Positions 28,430 to 40,921 of a stretch of DNA of 64,000 nucleotides are shown piece after piece. The notes below the pieces were generated by a model. It was not told the DNA's origin, ran no database searches, and saw nothing but the letters and a program-made list of their open reading frames with translations. How positions within the stretch are numbered: the first letter of the stretch is position 1; each line of letters opens with the position of its first letter. Origin of the DNA: the human T2T-CHM13v2.0 reference genome, Homo sapiens; NCBI RefSeq assembly GCF_009914755.1, contig NC_060942.1. One strand, written 5' to 3'. The position numbers were made by a program, and so were the translations under genes.

Positions 28430-29155
28430 CATTACTTCATAGTTTTTTTATTATAGACTTTTTTATCCACATGAATGTTAAAGAAACTACAACAGAGTTA
28501 AATGCCATTTTTGATAACATGATTATATTCTTAATTACACTCAATATTAAACTGTAAAATATTTCCAAAGGAATACAATCCTCATTCATACAGCAGGCAA
28601 AGTACAGAGAGGAAGGGGCCACATGTAAGTCTGTCCAGTTTGCTATGAAAAGCAGGTTTGTACGGCTGGTGCCTTCCCATCCATTGAAACGCTATCCCCA
28701 CTCCTAGGATGGGTCTTGTGTTTTCTTCCACCAAGAATCACTTCTTCAAAAAGAGAAGACAGTTTTGTAGAGTTGCTTTCTCCATGTGTGCAGGACTGAG
28801 ACTGCCTGGGACCATCCGCTGATTTCCCATCCCAACTGGCTAACAGCACTTCCCATGCTCTGGGTTCAGCTATCCTTTAAAAACACAAAGACTCGAACTT
28901 TGGTTCCACCAAAAGATGCAACAAGCATTGACTGCTCTGGTTGGCTCCCCCCTCCCCCCACTAATGAATGGCTGCTACAGTCTATTTTACATGGTTGTCC
29001 ATGCTGTTTTGAGGTCACTTGTCCTTAGGTTCTCCTGAACCTGATTTTGTATTTAATTCCCAAGCCCTTTCGATCTGCAGTCTTTAACACGGGTCAGAAG
29101 TGCTCCATGGCAGGCTGTATCTTACAAGAGAACAAGAGTAAGTAGTTCTGTGCAC
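28430..29155 (-). other. SKOR2: SKOR2 terminal (3'UTR) exon
   Basis: Acceptor ttttgtcttatcccag|GTGCAC at 29156/29155, repeat-free sequence, and AATAAA at 28447-28452. Its first 62 nt show residual similarity to the SKOR1 last exon. The 3' end is approximate. Confidence 0.8.
28447..28452 (-). promoter_or_regulatory. Polyadenylation signal AATAAA of SKOR2
   Basis: TTTATT on the plus strand at the end of the terminal exon, followed on the minus strand by G/T-rich sequence (gtaatggttgtgttcatgt). Confidence 0.7.
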
Positions 29156-29654
29156 CTGGGATAAGACAAAAGCATAGAATGACAAGCTGAACCTAATATA
29201 ATCAGATAATTTTAAAACATTTAAAGTAATATTTAGTATACCCTCCTTAGGAGAAGACATTTTGTCTGCTACCCTAGGTTATATATCTCTGATGATATCA
29301 AGCCAAACCAGAAATACTAAACAAGAGTGTGCTGGTTTGCTGTGTGCTTTTCACAGTAAAGCCATTTAGATGGGTTTAGAAGCTGGGGTTTGTTGTAGGG
29401 CAAAGACAAAAGCAGCCTGCAGTGAAAGGGGCAGACAGAATTTCATGCTCTGGTGCTCTGCTGGTTTTGATTGGATGGCCCAAGTTACGTTTATTTTTCT
29501 TGTTCTGTGGTGTCAGGGCAACATAGAAGTATGAGTGGAGGTTTTGTGATTCAAAATCAATAAAATGATTGGATTGGTTATTAACTGCATATTTATAACT
29601 GATAATACAAGATGTGAATTAGGCCATGATTTTAGGTGACAAACCAGAGGAGAG

Positions 29655-29870
29655 CAGACAATGTATGGAATGCAGAGCCAGCCCCAGCCTGGCTCAAATC
29701 CTGCCACTTCCTAGCAGTGAGACCACAGGCAACTTACTCATCTCTTGTCTCTTTAGCCTTCTCAGCTGTAGGGGGGTGAAAGCAGTAATACTTACCTCAG
29801 TGTGTTGGTCCAAAGATTAAATAAGATAATCGACATAAAGTCCTTAGAACAGTGGGGGCACACCATTATT
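29655..29870 (+). mobile_element. MIR
   Basis: ctggctcaaatcctgccacttcctagcagtgagacc…aagattaaataagataat. Confidence 0.7.
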
Positions 29871-30469
29871 CTCTAAGGAGATTCTTAAAAGAACCTCTTA
29901 TGTCTGACTAAAGATGAGAGAAATGAATGTACCACTCCCCCTCTTTATCTTTGATCTATACAAAAAGGAAGACACAGAATGTTCCTTTAAAATCCAATAT
30001 CCTTTTTTAAAAGACTCTTGTTGTTACTTTCGTAGTAATTATTCCAGAAGTGAAACAAAAATGAGTTTACCAAAGAGGTAGATATAGTTAAAATACCAAC
30101 AAAAAATAATATTCCAGACTCTCCAGAAAGATGCAACGTAGCAATTAGTGATTAAGAAAATGCAGACATAAGGCAAAAATAGGTGGGTCATGCCCTTGGG
30201 TGTTACATGTGGTCTTGGGCTGGCTTTCATGAACGTGGCCCCTTTCTGGGAAAAAAGAGAGAATATAGCAGAAAATTGGCACACAAAAGTGACAGCCAAA
30301 ATTTTAGAGCTAGTAGAGATTTTGATCAGGTTTGGCCATCCACATTTTATAGATAAGAGTGAGACTCAAAGAGATTAAATGATGTTACTCAAGATAACAC
30401 AGAGAAATGGCATCAGATCTGGCACCCAGTCTCCCTCACCACCAGCTAAGGACCCAAGGAAGACAGGGA

Positions 30470-30670
30470 GAAGGCTTTAGGGTCAAATAGACCTGGATTG
30501 AATCCTGTATCTGTCACTTAAGAGCTATGTGACTCCTCTGAGCCTCAGTTTCTAAGTATGAAATGGAGGTAATAACAGGATCTGCCTTACAGCATTGTAA
30601 AGATAACACAGTAAGTATTTAGCCAGTATCTGGCATAGTTAGTGCTCAATAAATGATCATTACTATCATT
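30470..30670 (+). mobile_element. MIR
   Basis: gacctggattgaatcctg…ctctgagcctcagtttc…tgctcaataaatg. Confidence 0.75.
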
Positions 30671-32082
30671 TCCAGTTTGGCCAATGAGTTTCTGCATGAC
30701 TATGAATGAGACATTTCCCTGATTCGCTTCCTACTTATGTAAAATGGTTTACTTCTTGTCTGTGAAAGGTGTGGGTGTTTCAACCAGTTACATCAATGAT
30801 AACTGCAAAATGTTTAAATGTGTTTGGGAGAAAATGAATGTAAAGTAATAATTAAATTAGTGTTAACATCATACTATTTTTATTTGGGGACAGATTTCAC
30901 ACAGATTACACTGGGTTATCTGTGCAGGAAGTGCGTCACAGAAATAACTAGATGTAAGGAAGGCCGTCGGGAATAATTCTGGTGTTAAAAATGGGCCCAG
31001 GTGAAAGGATAATGCCTGCAACATTTTGAAGTATTTTTCAAATCCTTTCCATTGTACTCATGAGCTTATAATGAGACAAATACGAAGAGCGGTACAATGT
31101 CTAATCTAATAGGGCTTGTTTTAGGAGGTAGTTTGAAGGTAAATAAAATAAACTACACTTTAACAGCTGGTAGCTAAACAAATAGAATTCATTGTCCCAA
31201 TGGGGACTATGCTTAGGTTGAAGAAAGGTGCAGATAAATCCAGGGTAATGGATCTTTATGGCGTTATCAAGGGAAAGCTAAGAGTATTCAGTGTATATGC
31301 CTAAATTTTGAGGTTGATATCGTTAAGAACAACAATTTTGCTCTTAAAGTATCTTGGCCTGCATGGATCTTTATTTTGACGCAACGTGGAATTTCTTATG
31401 TTCTAATGTAGGACAAAAAAAAAATGTGCAGATCAGTGATATGTGGCAGTACTCGCTCAGCTTATTAAGTGGATTGCCTGTGGTTTTGAAAAGCTTCCTC
31501 CTCTTAATAGTCATATTGGAATCCACTGGGTGGCAAGAACACTGCATACTACCTTAAGGGTCACTCTTGCATAAGACATTAATGCATCAGTACCTAATTT
31601 GGAAACCTGTGGTCACTCTGCAAGACAGAATGTGTCTCTCTCCCTTGGTGTAATGATTTTTATTTTGTAATCTCTCTTGGGGTAACTCCTTGCAGACTTG
31701 GCATGTTGAGAATCAGAGACTGCCTCTAACAATACAGTCATGATTCTCTGCTTGGCTGATTTAGCTAAGCATTTAAGTAACCACTAATCTTCTGAAAGCA
31801 CCAGGGTCTACTTAGAGAAATCCCTGTTGTCTGCAAGGATGGAAACAAAATCAGCATGGAGGAAGCATTAGTTACTAAACACAAATCAATCTTTTTTTTT
31901 CTTTTTCCCACCTAGCCATATGCTAGGTCACTATCAGAGGTGTAGTTTCTGGGCAGTGAGTCTTAATTTGTAGGTGCAAAATGGGCTCAGGTCTGACAAA
32001 CAGGGAAGATGGGTTGGGGAAGTGTAAGGAGTAAAAAGAGAGTTTACTGAAGCTCTTAAGTATAAATCAAACCACATTCTAA

Positions 32083-32357
32083 GGCTGGGCATGGCTGTAA
32101 TCTCAGCACTTTGGGAGACCAAAGCAGGAGGACTGCTTGAACCCAGGAGCTTGAGACCAGCCTGCGAAATATAGGGAGACCTTGTCTTTACAAAATAAAA
32201 AAAATTTGCTGGGCATGGTGGCGTGCATGCCTATAATGCTGAGATAGGAGGATGGCTCGAGCCAGGGCAGTCAAGGCTGTATTGAGCTGTGATCGCATCA
32301 CTGCAACTCCAGTCTGGGTAGAAGAGTGAGACCCTGTCTCAAAACAAAACAACAAAA
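32083..32357 (+). mobile_element. AluJ-like
   Basis: Diverged dimer with TSD aaacc(a/c)cattctaa. Confidence 0.85.
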
Positions 32358-34351
32358 ACCCCATTCTAATGTATGAATCTCACAAGTGCTGAGTAAAACA
32401 AGCCAGACACAAGAGAATGTTCTATGCAACGTCATTTACATAAAGTTCAAAAACAGACAAAGTTTTTACCATCGTTGGGGGTAGGGAGTGGGAGAAGCTG
32501 GGCAAGAGCACAAGGTTGTTATCAGGGGCTGGAAAGCTAAGTGAGCTCATCGTGAACATTTACTGAGTTTCCTTTTTGTTTTTGTTTTCATTGCGTGTTT
32601 GTGTATGTGTGTGTTTGTGTGTGTCCCTGAGTGAGTGCAATTCACTGAGTTTTGATTCGTAAACCTCATGATTTGTATGACTTTATGATTTATAAACTTT
32701 GAATAAGAAGGTTATTTTTAAAAACATCCTAATATTTTCTCTTGAAAGAAAATTAGTTTGACATTTTCAACCATTATACATATGGAGTTTATCAGAATTA
32801 ATTTGGACCATTCTTGCCTTAATTATCTTGATATTCTAAGTTAAAATTCAGTGGAATCTAAATGTTCTAAAATTTTCATTTCACACTGCTCGTGCAAACC
32901 TGGTCTACTACACTGAGAAAGAAATTGCCCAAAGTCAACTTCAGACTTAATAAAAATACTTTAATATATAGAACAGAGCCAACCTCACGGGTGCATTTGT
33001 GAATAACTTCATAGAGATGGAAACAGAATGACTTACTCTCTGAGCACCTCTGTTGCAGTATCATCTGCTCACCAAGAACAATAAGTCCATGCATTAGGAA
33101 GAGGCAGGCACTAGATCCAAAGTCAGGGCCCCCAGAATCTCTTCTTGGCTTTGCAACATGAACATAAAATGTCACATCTCTTATCTGTAAACCTCAGTTC
33201 CCCATGTGTAAAATTAAGGGAAAGCACATGGATGAAAGACTGTTTTGTAAAGGGTTTTAAGCACCTGATGAAATGTAACATAATTATTATTATTTAAGAC
33301 AAATACTGAAGACTACTACTAATAAAGATAATGGCAAGAAAAGTCATTTGTACCTGATAGAGGAAATTTGTGATAGGCAGAAGAGAGGTGAAGGAACAAA
33401 AGGAACCATGAGCCTGCACAGTTCTTTTTGCCAACAAATTCTATTGAGTTGAAAATATGTTCCAGAGGGGAGGAGTGGGAAGAGTCATTCTGATGGGAAT
33501 GGATCAAACTGATAAATGGCTGCGGTCCTAGCTGGCCATGAGCACTAACAAATGCTACCTTTTGCGTCTGTGGTTTTTTCCCCTGATTTAGCAATCCTAG
33601 TTGTTAGGTCATCCCAATATATTGTTACAGAAACAATGTCCTAGTTTTTGCATTCCCACAATTCTAATAATTACATGTGTCTTCTTCCATGGGCTGAAAA
33701 AGTTTCTTTTCAAATACTTCGGTATGTTCTGAATATAGCCATTGAATTTTCACTGTCTGCTTTTCCTTAAGAGTCCAAAATAATTGTCTTTTCAATTTTC
33801 TTTTAAACTGATATGACCTTGAATCTGGCTTCAGCTGTAGAGAAACTATTATTGGTTTAGGGAAAAGATTAGTTACTATTCCTAGAGCAGAAGGTCTCAA
33901 AGGTCTGTATTGTCCCCAGTTGTTCATATTACCACCTGCAGTAACTCTCTGAAAGTCAGATTTCAGGCAGGCTTTTTGGAAGCGAAGGAGAGACAGAGAT
34001 GAGACACCCTGAGGATGACTGCTGACACTTTGGTTTCCTTGGGGCAGTAACTGGGGTGTCAGAACCATAAAGAGCAGAAAATCTTAAAACGGAAAGAAGA
34101 TCACTTTTGCAGACTGAATACAGAATTTTTAGTTATAGGAATTTTCCATGGAATTTATAAGAAGTACTTGGTCATTCATTTAGGAAGTCCCATCCCCAGA
34201 CATAATGAAGTTTATTGGTATATTGACTCAAACACAGGATGCAACTTTACCAATCCCTTGGGCTATTTCAAACACATCAATAAAGAATATGTTCAAGCAC
34301 ACAACAATACAGAGAGTTAAGAAAATCTCTTTCCTCTGGTGATCTTACCTT

Positions 34352-34414
34352 TTAGCTTTTGCTGAGATGGGCGCCAAGCTTTTCTTTCCTGATCAAACTT
34401 GCTGCATAGGGGAT
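34352..34414 (-). CDS. SKOR2: SKOR2 last coding exon: IPYAASLIRKEKLGAHLSKS* (exon extends to 34349)
   Basis: Minus strand reads tttttgtcttacag|ATC CCC TAT...AAA AGC TAA AAG|gtaaga. The stop is at 34352-34354 and the peptide matches the recalled SKOR2 C-terminus. Confidence 0.93.
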   Translation of the reverse strand: MPYAASLIRKEKLGAHLSKS

Positions 34415-34953
34415 CTGTAAGACAAAAACAAGCAACACCATCCAGGTAAGCTAGATTTGGAGACAGATATGTAATGGAGACCCTTCATCATGCCTAACAA
34501 TTTGAATGCCAATAGATCCTCCCTGAAAAAAAGAGGTCTCCATCTGCTCAGCGGTATGAGGTTTCTGGGGTATAGCATCCTTAAGGCCTGTTAACAAGTA
34601 CAGTGAGGACAGAACAGGTGATCACACTGGATTGCTGCTACAGCTAGTCCTTGAGGTTAACATGTGATGTTTCACTTTTTAAAGTTTTTAAAAATTTGCA
34701 TTTAATAATATGGTATCATATTTATTTAGGTACAAAAACTGAGTTACGATGTTCTAATGTATGTTCAAGGTCATAAAACAAGAACATGCTTACAAACTAG
34801 TTTAATGTAATTGTTTAGTTTATTAGAATGATTTCTTTATAACAGACGTAATTTCTTTATAACATATGCTATCCTTATAAATCACAAATAAGACTAACTA
34901 AACCCAAACTATTACTCTGATTAGATTCCCAATAATTGATAAGATGCATCAGA

Positions 34954-35249
<296 letters not shown>

Positions 35250-35619
35250 TCAGAAATAACTGCACTGAATGGAAAATATGACCTTGAGAATTCTACCTTG
35301 ATAAACTTGAAAAGTACTTTCGAATACTGGGGTTTTGAATAAAAGCTGATCACAGTTGGTATGCTACTTTTCATTATAAAATTCCAATGGTTGAAATTGG
35401 ACTCAAGGTATTATTTAGATTTGCCTCTCCACTAACCCCCGTTAAGGTGCTCTATCCTTATGTTACCGACCTTCATCATTACAAGGCTAAACTCAGGGCT
35501 CTAAAGACTTTATTCTACATGTAAAGAATGAATATTCACCCTTCTAGAATGTAATGTGAAATATGGCTGTTAAGTAAAAGCAGTGAGGGAAATAAAATCA
35601 CTTTCATTCAATTAGGCAA

Positions 35620-35686
35620 TGATATATATATATTTATTTATATATATATTTATATATATCATATAAATATTATATATATATAATAT
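35620..35686. repeat. Imperfect (TA)n microsatellite
   Basis: Runs of atatatat interrupted by ttt. Confidence 0.85.
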
Positions 35687-36858
35687 TTCCCACATTACCA
35701 GTATACTGTATGTTTTCCTCTCATGATCCACAGTCCACACATGTGAACCTTTATTATTAATGAGAAAGAGTTATAAATCTACAATGATGCTAGTGGCTAA
35801 AAAGAGTTGGACCATTTTACTGTAATAATTAGTCAGCTGAATCAAACAGTCTTTTTAACAGGAAAAAAAAGGACAATAATAAAATAATCATCTCACTATT
35901 TTGATATATAACCACAACATAAACATGTCAGATAGGCATATATCTGATAAAGGGCATAGATAGCATCACTGAAATTAATGATTCATATAGTAACATTAAA
36001 AGTTCAGTGTCCTAATCTCGTATTTTAGGATGCAGGCTGAGATCAGCTAGATAACTATGACAAGGACAGTTACACAGGGACCTACTCCAGTTACCTCTTC
36101 TTTTCACTCTAGGTTATGCTATAGCTGCTATTAACACAGACCCCTTTGAATATTGGTTTTCCATTATGGTATATGCTGCAATGTGCCAAAGCATATGGAT
36201 CACTTCTCTAGATGCATGACATGACAGAGCCTGGAATGGAATTCCATTATTTAGGATAACAAACAATGTAAACTTTTGGGCACAAGGAGTTCCAATAAAA
36301 TGGTTTGTGCCACTCTCACATTTAAGAAGAGCCCTCAACATCAACATTAGACACCACAAAGGTTTAGCCAGTGTCTGTTCTATGGCAGCCACCAGGAGAG
36401 ATAAGTTAAATCACCATGGGCCATCTCATTAGAGGAGTAAACTGCTCAACCTAATCCAAAGAAACCCGCCTGAAGGATTCTACTTTCAGAGCTAAGTCAA
36501 AATGGCTTCCTCTTTCTTTTTTTCAGAAGCAATAACACAGCATTTCATTAAGGTAGAAAGTTGAGAAGGAAAAGAAAAGCAAAAAAAGGACTCAAGAAAA
36601 AAAGGACATTTCCAAATAAGCATATTTGAGTCCCAAGGGTCCAGATTGGAATTTAAACTGGGGTGAAGAATTATCCCTACTAGAATGTTGATTTTTTCAT
36701 TTATTTCATTAAAACAAAATGAAATAAAAGCCAAAAAACAACAAAGATAAAAAGCAAAAAGTAATGAGCTGAGAATCATGTATTTTTCCATTCTAAGTCC
36801 TAAATCATGAATGGTAAATAAAGATTATAGTAGCATGGCCAGTTGTTCCTGGAAACAA

Positions 36859-37013
36859 CATTATTTCACTGATTCCAGGATGCACTTTATCCCCTCACAT
36901 TTTAACATTTCTGAAATCAGATGTATTAGAATTACAGTTGAAACCTTTTACTTTATGATTCATCAAATAGTGGTGCCTCTTACAATTGATGGTGCTTCAG
37001 ATTCCATAAAATG
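36859..37013 (+). mobile_element. MER104-like Tc2/mariner MITE
   Basis: tatttcactgattccaggatgcac…cacattttaacatttctgaaatc, with a degenerate inverted end (gtgcttcagattccataaaatg). Confidence 0.55.
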
Positions 37014-40000
37014 CAACATTGGACTTGCAGACACTTCAGCAAATTCTCCCCAACTTGGAAGCTCAGGATTTTAGAGGCTCAATTTAAACTAGTTAGTTAT
37101 TCCATGCAAATCTCCTACAATAGGACTTACAAAAGCTTTCTTTTCATCTTGACCAGCTTAGAAATTACCGAGATTGGCATGGAGAAAAAAAATTCAAAGT
37201 ATTATGTAACTTCTAAATTACCTACTTGGTTATAGTAGATCAAAAGTACTGGAGTTTAAAAAAAAAAAAGTGACTTCCTAGTTTGTGCCAAAAGAGTTAA
37301 CCTGAGCTCACACATTCAGGTCAGTCAACATCTCAAAAAGAGAAAGATGAGAAGAAAAATGCTACATAACTAAGGAACAACTGATTGCACTGTCAAGGTG
37401 CACAACAGTAGATCAATAATTGGAAATGGACACACAGTAGCCAAAGTCTGTCTACTGCTAGAGAATTTTAAGGCAGCCTCCACAGAAGTTCAGGCTTGCA
37501 TTAAGTCTTCTGACTTGCAGGGATCTCCTTTTGATGCATATTTAGACACAGAACCAAAATCTTCTAGTGGCCCAGGGATCTTCTTCTAAAAATATAATGC
37601 AAAATAGTAATGGTCCTATCTACCTTTTTTTAAAAAAAAGATGTAAGACATATTTTTACAAACTCTGTAGGTTATACAGTAGAAATCTGGGCAAGTTCCC
37701 ATCCTAATGAATATTGGAGAACCTCCAAGAAAAGACCATCTTACTGAAGAGCTGTGTCCTTGCCAAAGAACAAGCACTCCTCCAGCAAAGATAACGACCT
37801 CTCACTCCTTTCCCTGTGACGATGCACTGCACTCCCATCATCAGGAAGTTGTAAACTGCTGTTTTACAAGTCCACCGTGAACAAAACATTAGTCCTTAAT
37901 CTATTGATTGAACATTATTTTAATTGAGGCTTTTAATGAAGAACTTTGAGACCAATTCACCCTAGCTGCGTGTGACTGCAGAATTCTGGAAAAACAGCAG
38001 AGGGCACTTAAAGACTAGCACATTTTCCCCATCAACACGCCTTGTGGTAGTGATCTGACAAGTTCAAAGGATGTGAATCTGGGTCTAGCCATTTATCATG
38101 TGCTCTGTGTTGCAGCATCACAACGTTCTCCAAGAACTATGACTAAAAAATAAAAAAGCATGTCTTCAACAAATCTACAGTAGTAGCTTATACACAGATG
38201 CACTTGCTTATAAAATTATTGCCAAATTCATAATAAAAAAAGGTTATCAAGGCATCATCACAGTCTCAGCTCATGTTGTAAGTTTTTATATTCCAGTCCT
38301 TGGAAAAACTTTAATCAAAAAGCTATTCACTGAATAAAAATCTTCAGTCAGCTTCTTCAGCCTAAGGACTGTTAAGTTTTGCTTTTAAAATTGAATAAAC
38401 TTGTCCTAGAATCATAATTCATTTGTGAATGAGAAATCCTTTACCCTTTATTACACTAAACATTTACATTTTTATAAACATGCTAAATTAAAAAACTTTT
38501 GTATTGGTTCATAGGGATAGAAAAATATTTCTTTGTTTTGCATAACTAAATGTGGCTTAGTAATACAAATGCTATAAGCACTTAAAAACCCAGGGCAGGG
38601 GTGGGGGACTTTAACACAAACCACGTTAAATACTAAAATACCCAAATTTTGAGCTATTTTTTAAAAAGGTAGCTTATACCATGTATAAATGTTAACTAAT
38701 TCCTCACTGTTTTAAATCTCACATTGAGATAAGTACACATTCATTTATAAAGACACAAAGCGAGTCAATCATTTGACTCTGTAGTCATCACAACTTTACA
38801 TTTAACACGGGAAAAAGAAGCAATGGTGCAGAAATGACAGTCAACAGAGAATCTAAAAATGCAGGAGCCAAAGAAATTCATAAGTTTTCTTTCTATGGCA
38901 ATGATACCCAAGACGCTTTCAATATAAGTTTTTTGAATAGAAACACTTTTTAACAACATAGGATAAATGCATTGTGGGTCTTTGGGAATCATTACAAAAT
39001 ATGATGGTTTTAATATATTTGAATTCTCCTTGACTGCAAGATAGAGTGGGCTTTTATGTCATCTCAAGAAAAAAAAAGCCTGTTTTGTAATATATGCTCT
39101 GTAAACTTTAAATATAAAATAATTTGAGTGAACTGTTCTGTTTTCAGGAAGCAAAGCATGCAACCATATTGACTGATGAATAAGATCATCCAACTAAAAT
39201 ATTCAGAAAGCCAGTAATTGTGATATTTTACAATTTCTTGATAATCTTTAGATAGAATTTTCTAAAGACATTTTCCCCCAGGTACTTTGACAGATACATC
39301 AGGCTGAATAAGGAATTAGACACATTTCTGTTCAAGTAACACTGAATCTGCAGCCTCAATTCTAAAGCAGATAGTACCATGTAAACATAGGTCCTTCCTG
39401 CACAAAAATATATCTAGCCGGATGGGCATGGTGGCTTACACCTGTAATAGTTCCACTATTGTAGGTACTACTTTGAGAAGGGCCACACCATTAAATTGAT
39501 TACTCACATTGGCATAGCATATTATGGCTTGTATGTACATTTCATGTTTATTACTCACTTGCACCTTATAATATTCCTACCAAGGCCCTAGGTTAAACCT
39601 TATAGCCGTTCATTTTGGTTGAGGAACTGACACTTAATGAACTATATGGGATGGGTCTCAATCCCAAGTTACAGATGTTAAAGCTCATCTCTGTTAGGTG
39701 CAGACAGAGCAGTAATACAGAAGCTCCCCAAAATTTGCTAGTATTCCTTCCTTTAGGAGTTGTGGTAGTAGTATTTGCTTAGTGTAAAATAACATTTGAG
39801 GAAACCAGGACCAAGCCAGGGAAATTTGGAAAAGAATTAAGAGGACTGCTATATGAGAGTATCAGAGCTGGGTCAGGATCATCATGGGTGGTGATTCATT
39901 CAACAAATGTTTATGAACAGCTGTTTGATGCTGCACACTGTGATAGGTACTGGAGTCAGCAGGAAAACCTTGGGCATCTAATGGTAGGGGACACACAAAA

Positions 40001-40571
40001 AGGGGAAGAAGCAGGAGGGACAAATCATGTCGATTTCACCAATTTTCATGTTGTTACCCTGGAAGCAGCTTTGTGTATTTCAGGAATTATATGATACCTA
40101 CAAGGGCAGGAGGGTGGGGGTGGGAAATTCAAGCTTTTCCCAAATTATTTAATTTGCTACCAGGAATAGTTTACTATCTATAGGAATGTGAATTAACAAC
40201 ATTTGTCTAGATAGATGAATACATGTTGTAAAATATTTTATAAGACAGCATAATAAAATGATTTGGTAATACCAGTTTTAATCTTCCATGTACCAAATAT
40301 CTCAAAAGACATGAGATATTTTTTTGTTCTATCAATCCTATCTGCTTAGTACATGGAGACAATATAATTTCCTCTTTTACTAAAGAAACCAAATGCCAAA
40401 GAAAATTAAGACATTAAGGTCACATAACTGGCCTTAAATAAGGGCACTAAAAGAAATACTGTTTCCTTTCCTAATGCCCATTTTGCTATACTCACCACCA
40501 CCCCCTGAAATCACAATTTTTTTGTTGCAAGTGTGGCAATTATTTTCTTTTGTTTTAAGAGTATGAAAATG

Positions 40572-40921
<350 letters not shown>

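Noticed and set aside
34393-34578. 61-aa minus-strand ORF overlapping the SKOR2 exon
   Set aside because: It uses the third frame, is mostly intronic, and stops inside the exon. It matches neither the annotated nor the ancestral frame.
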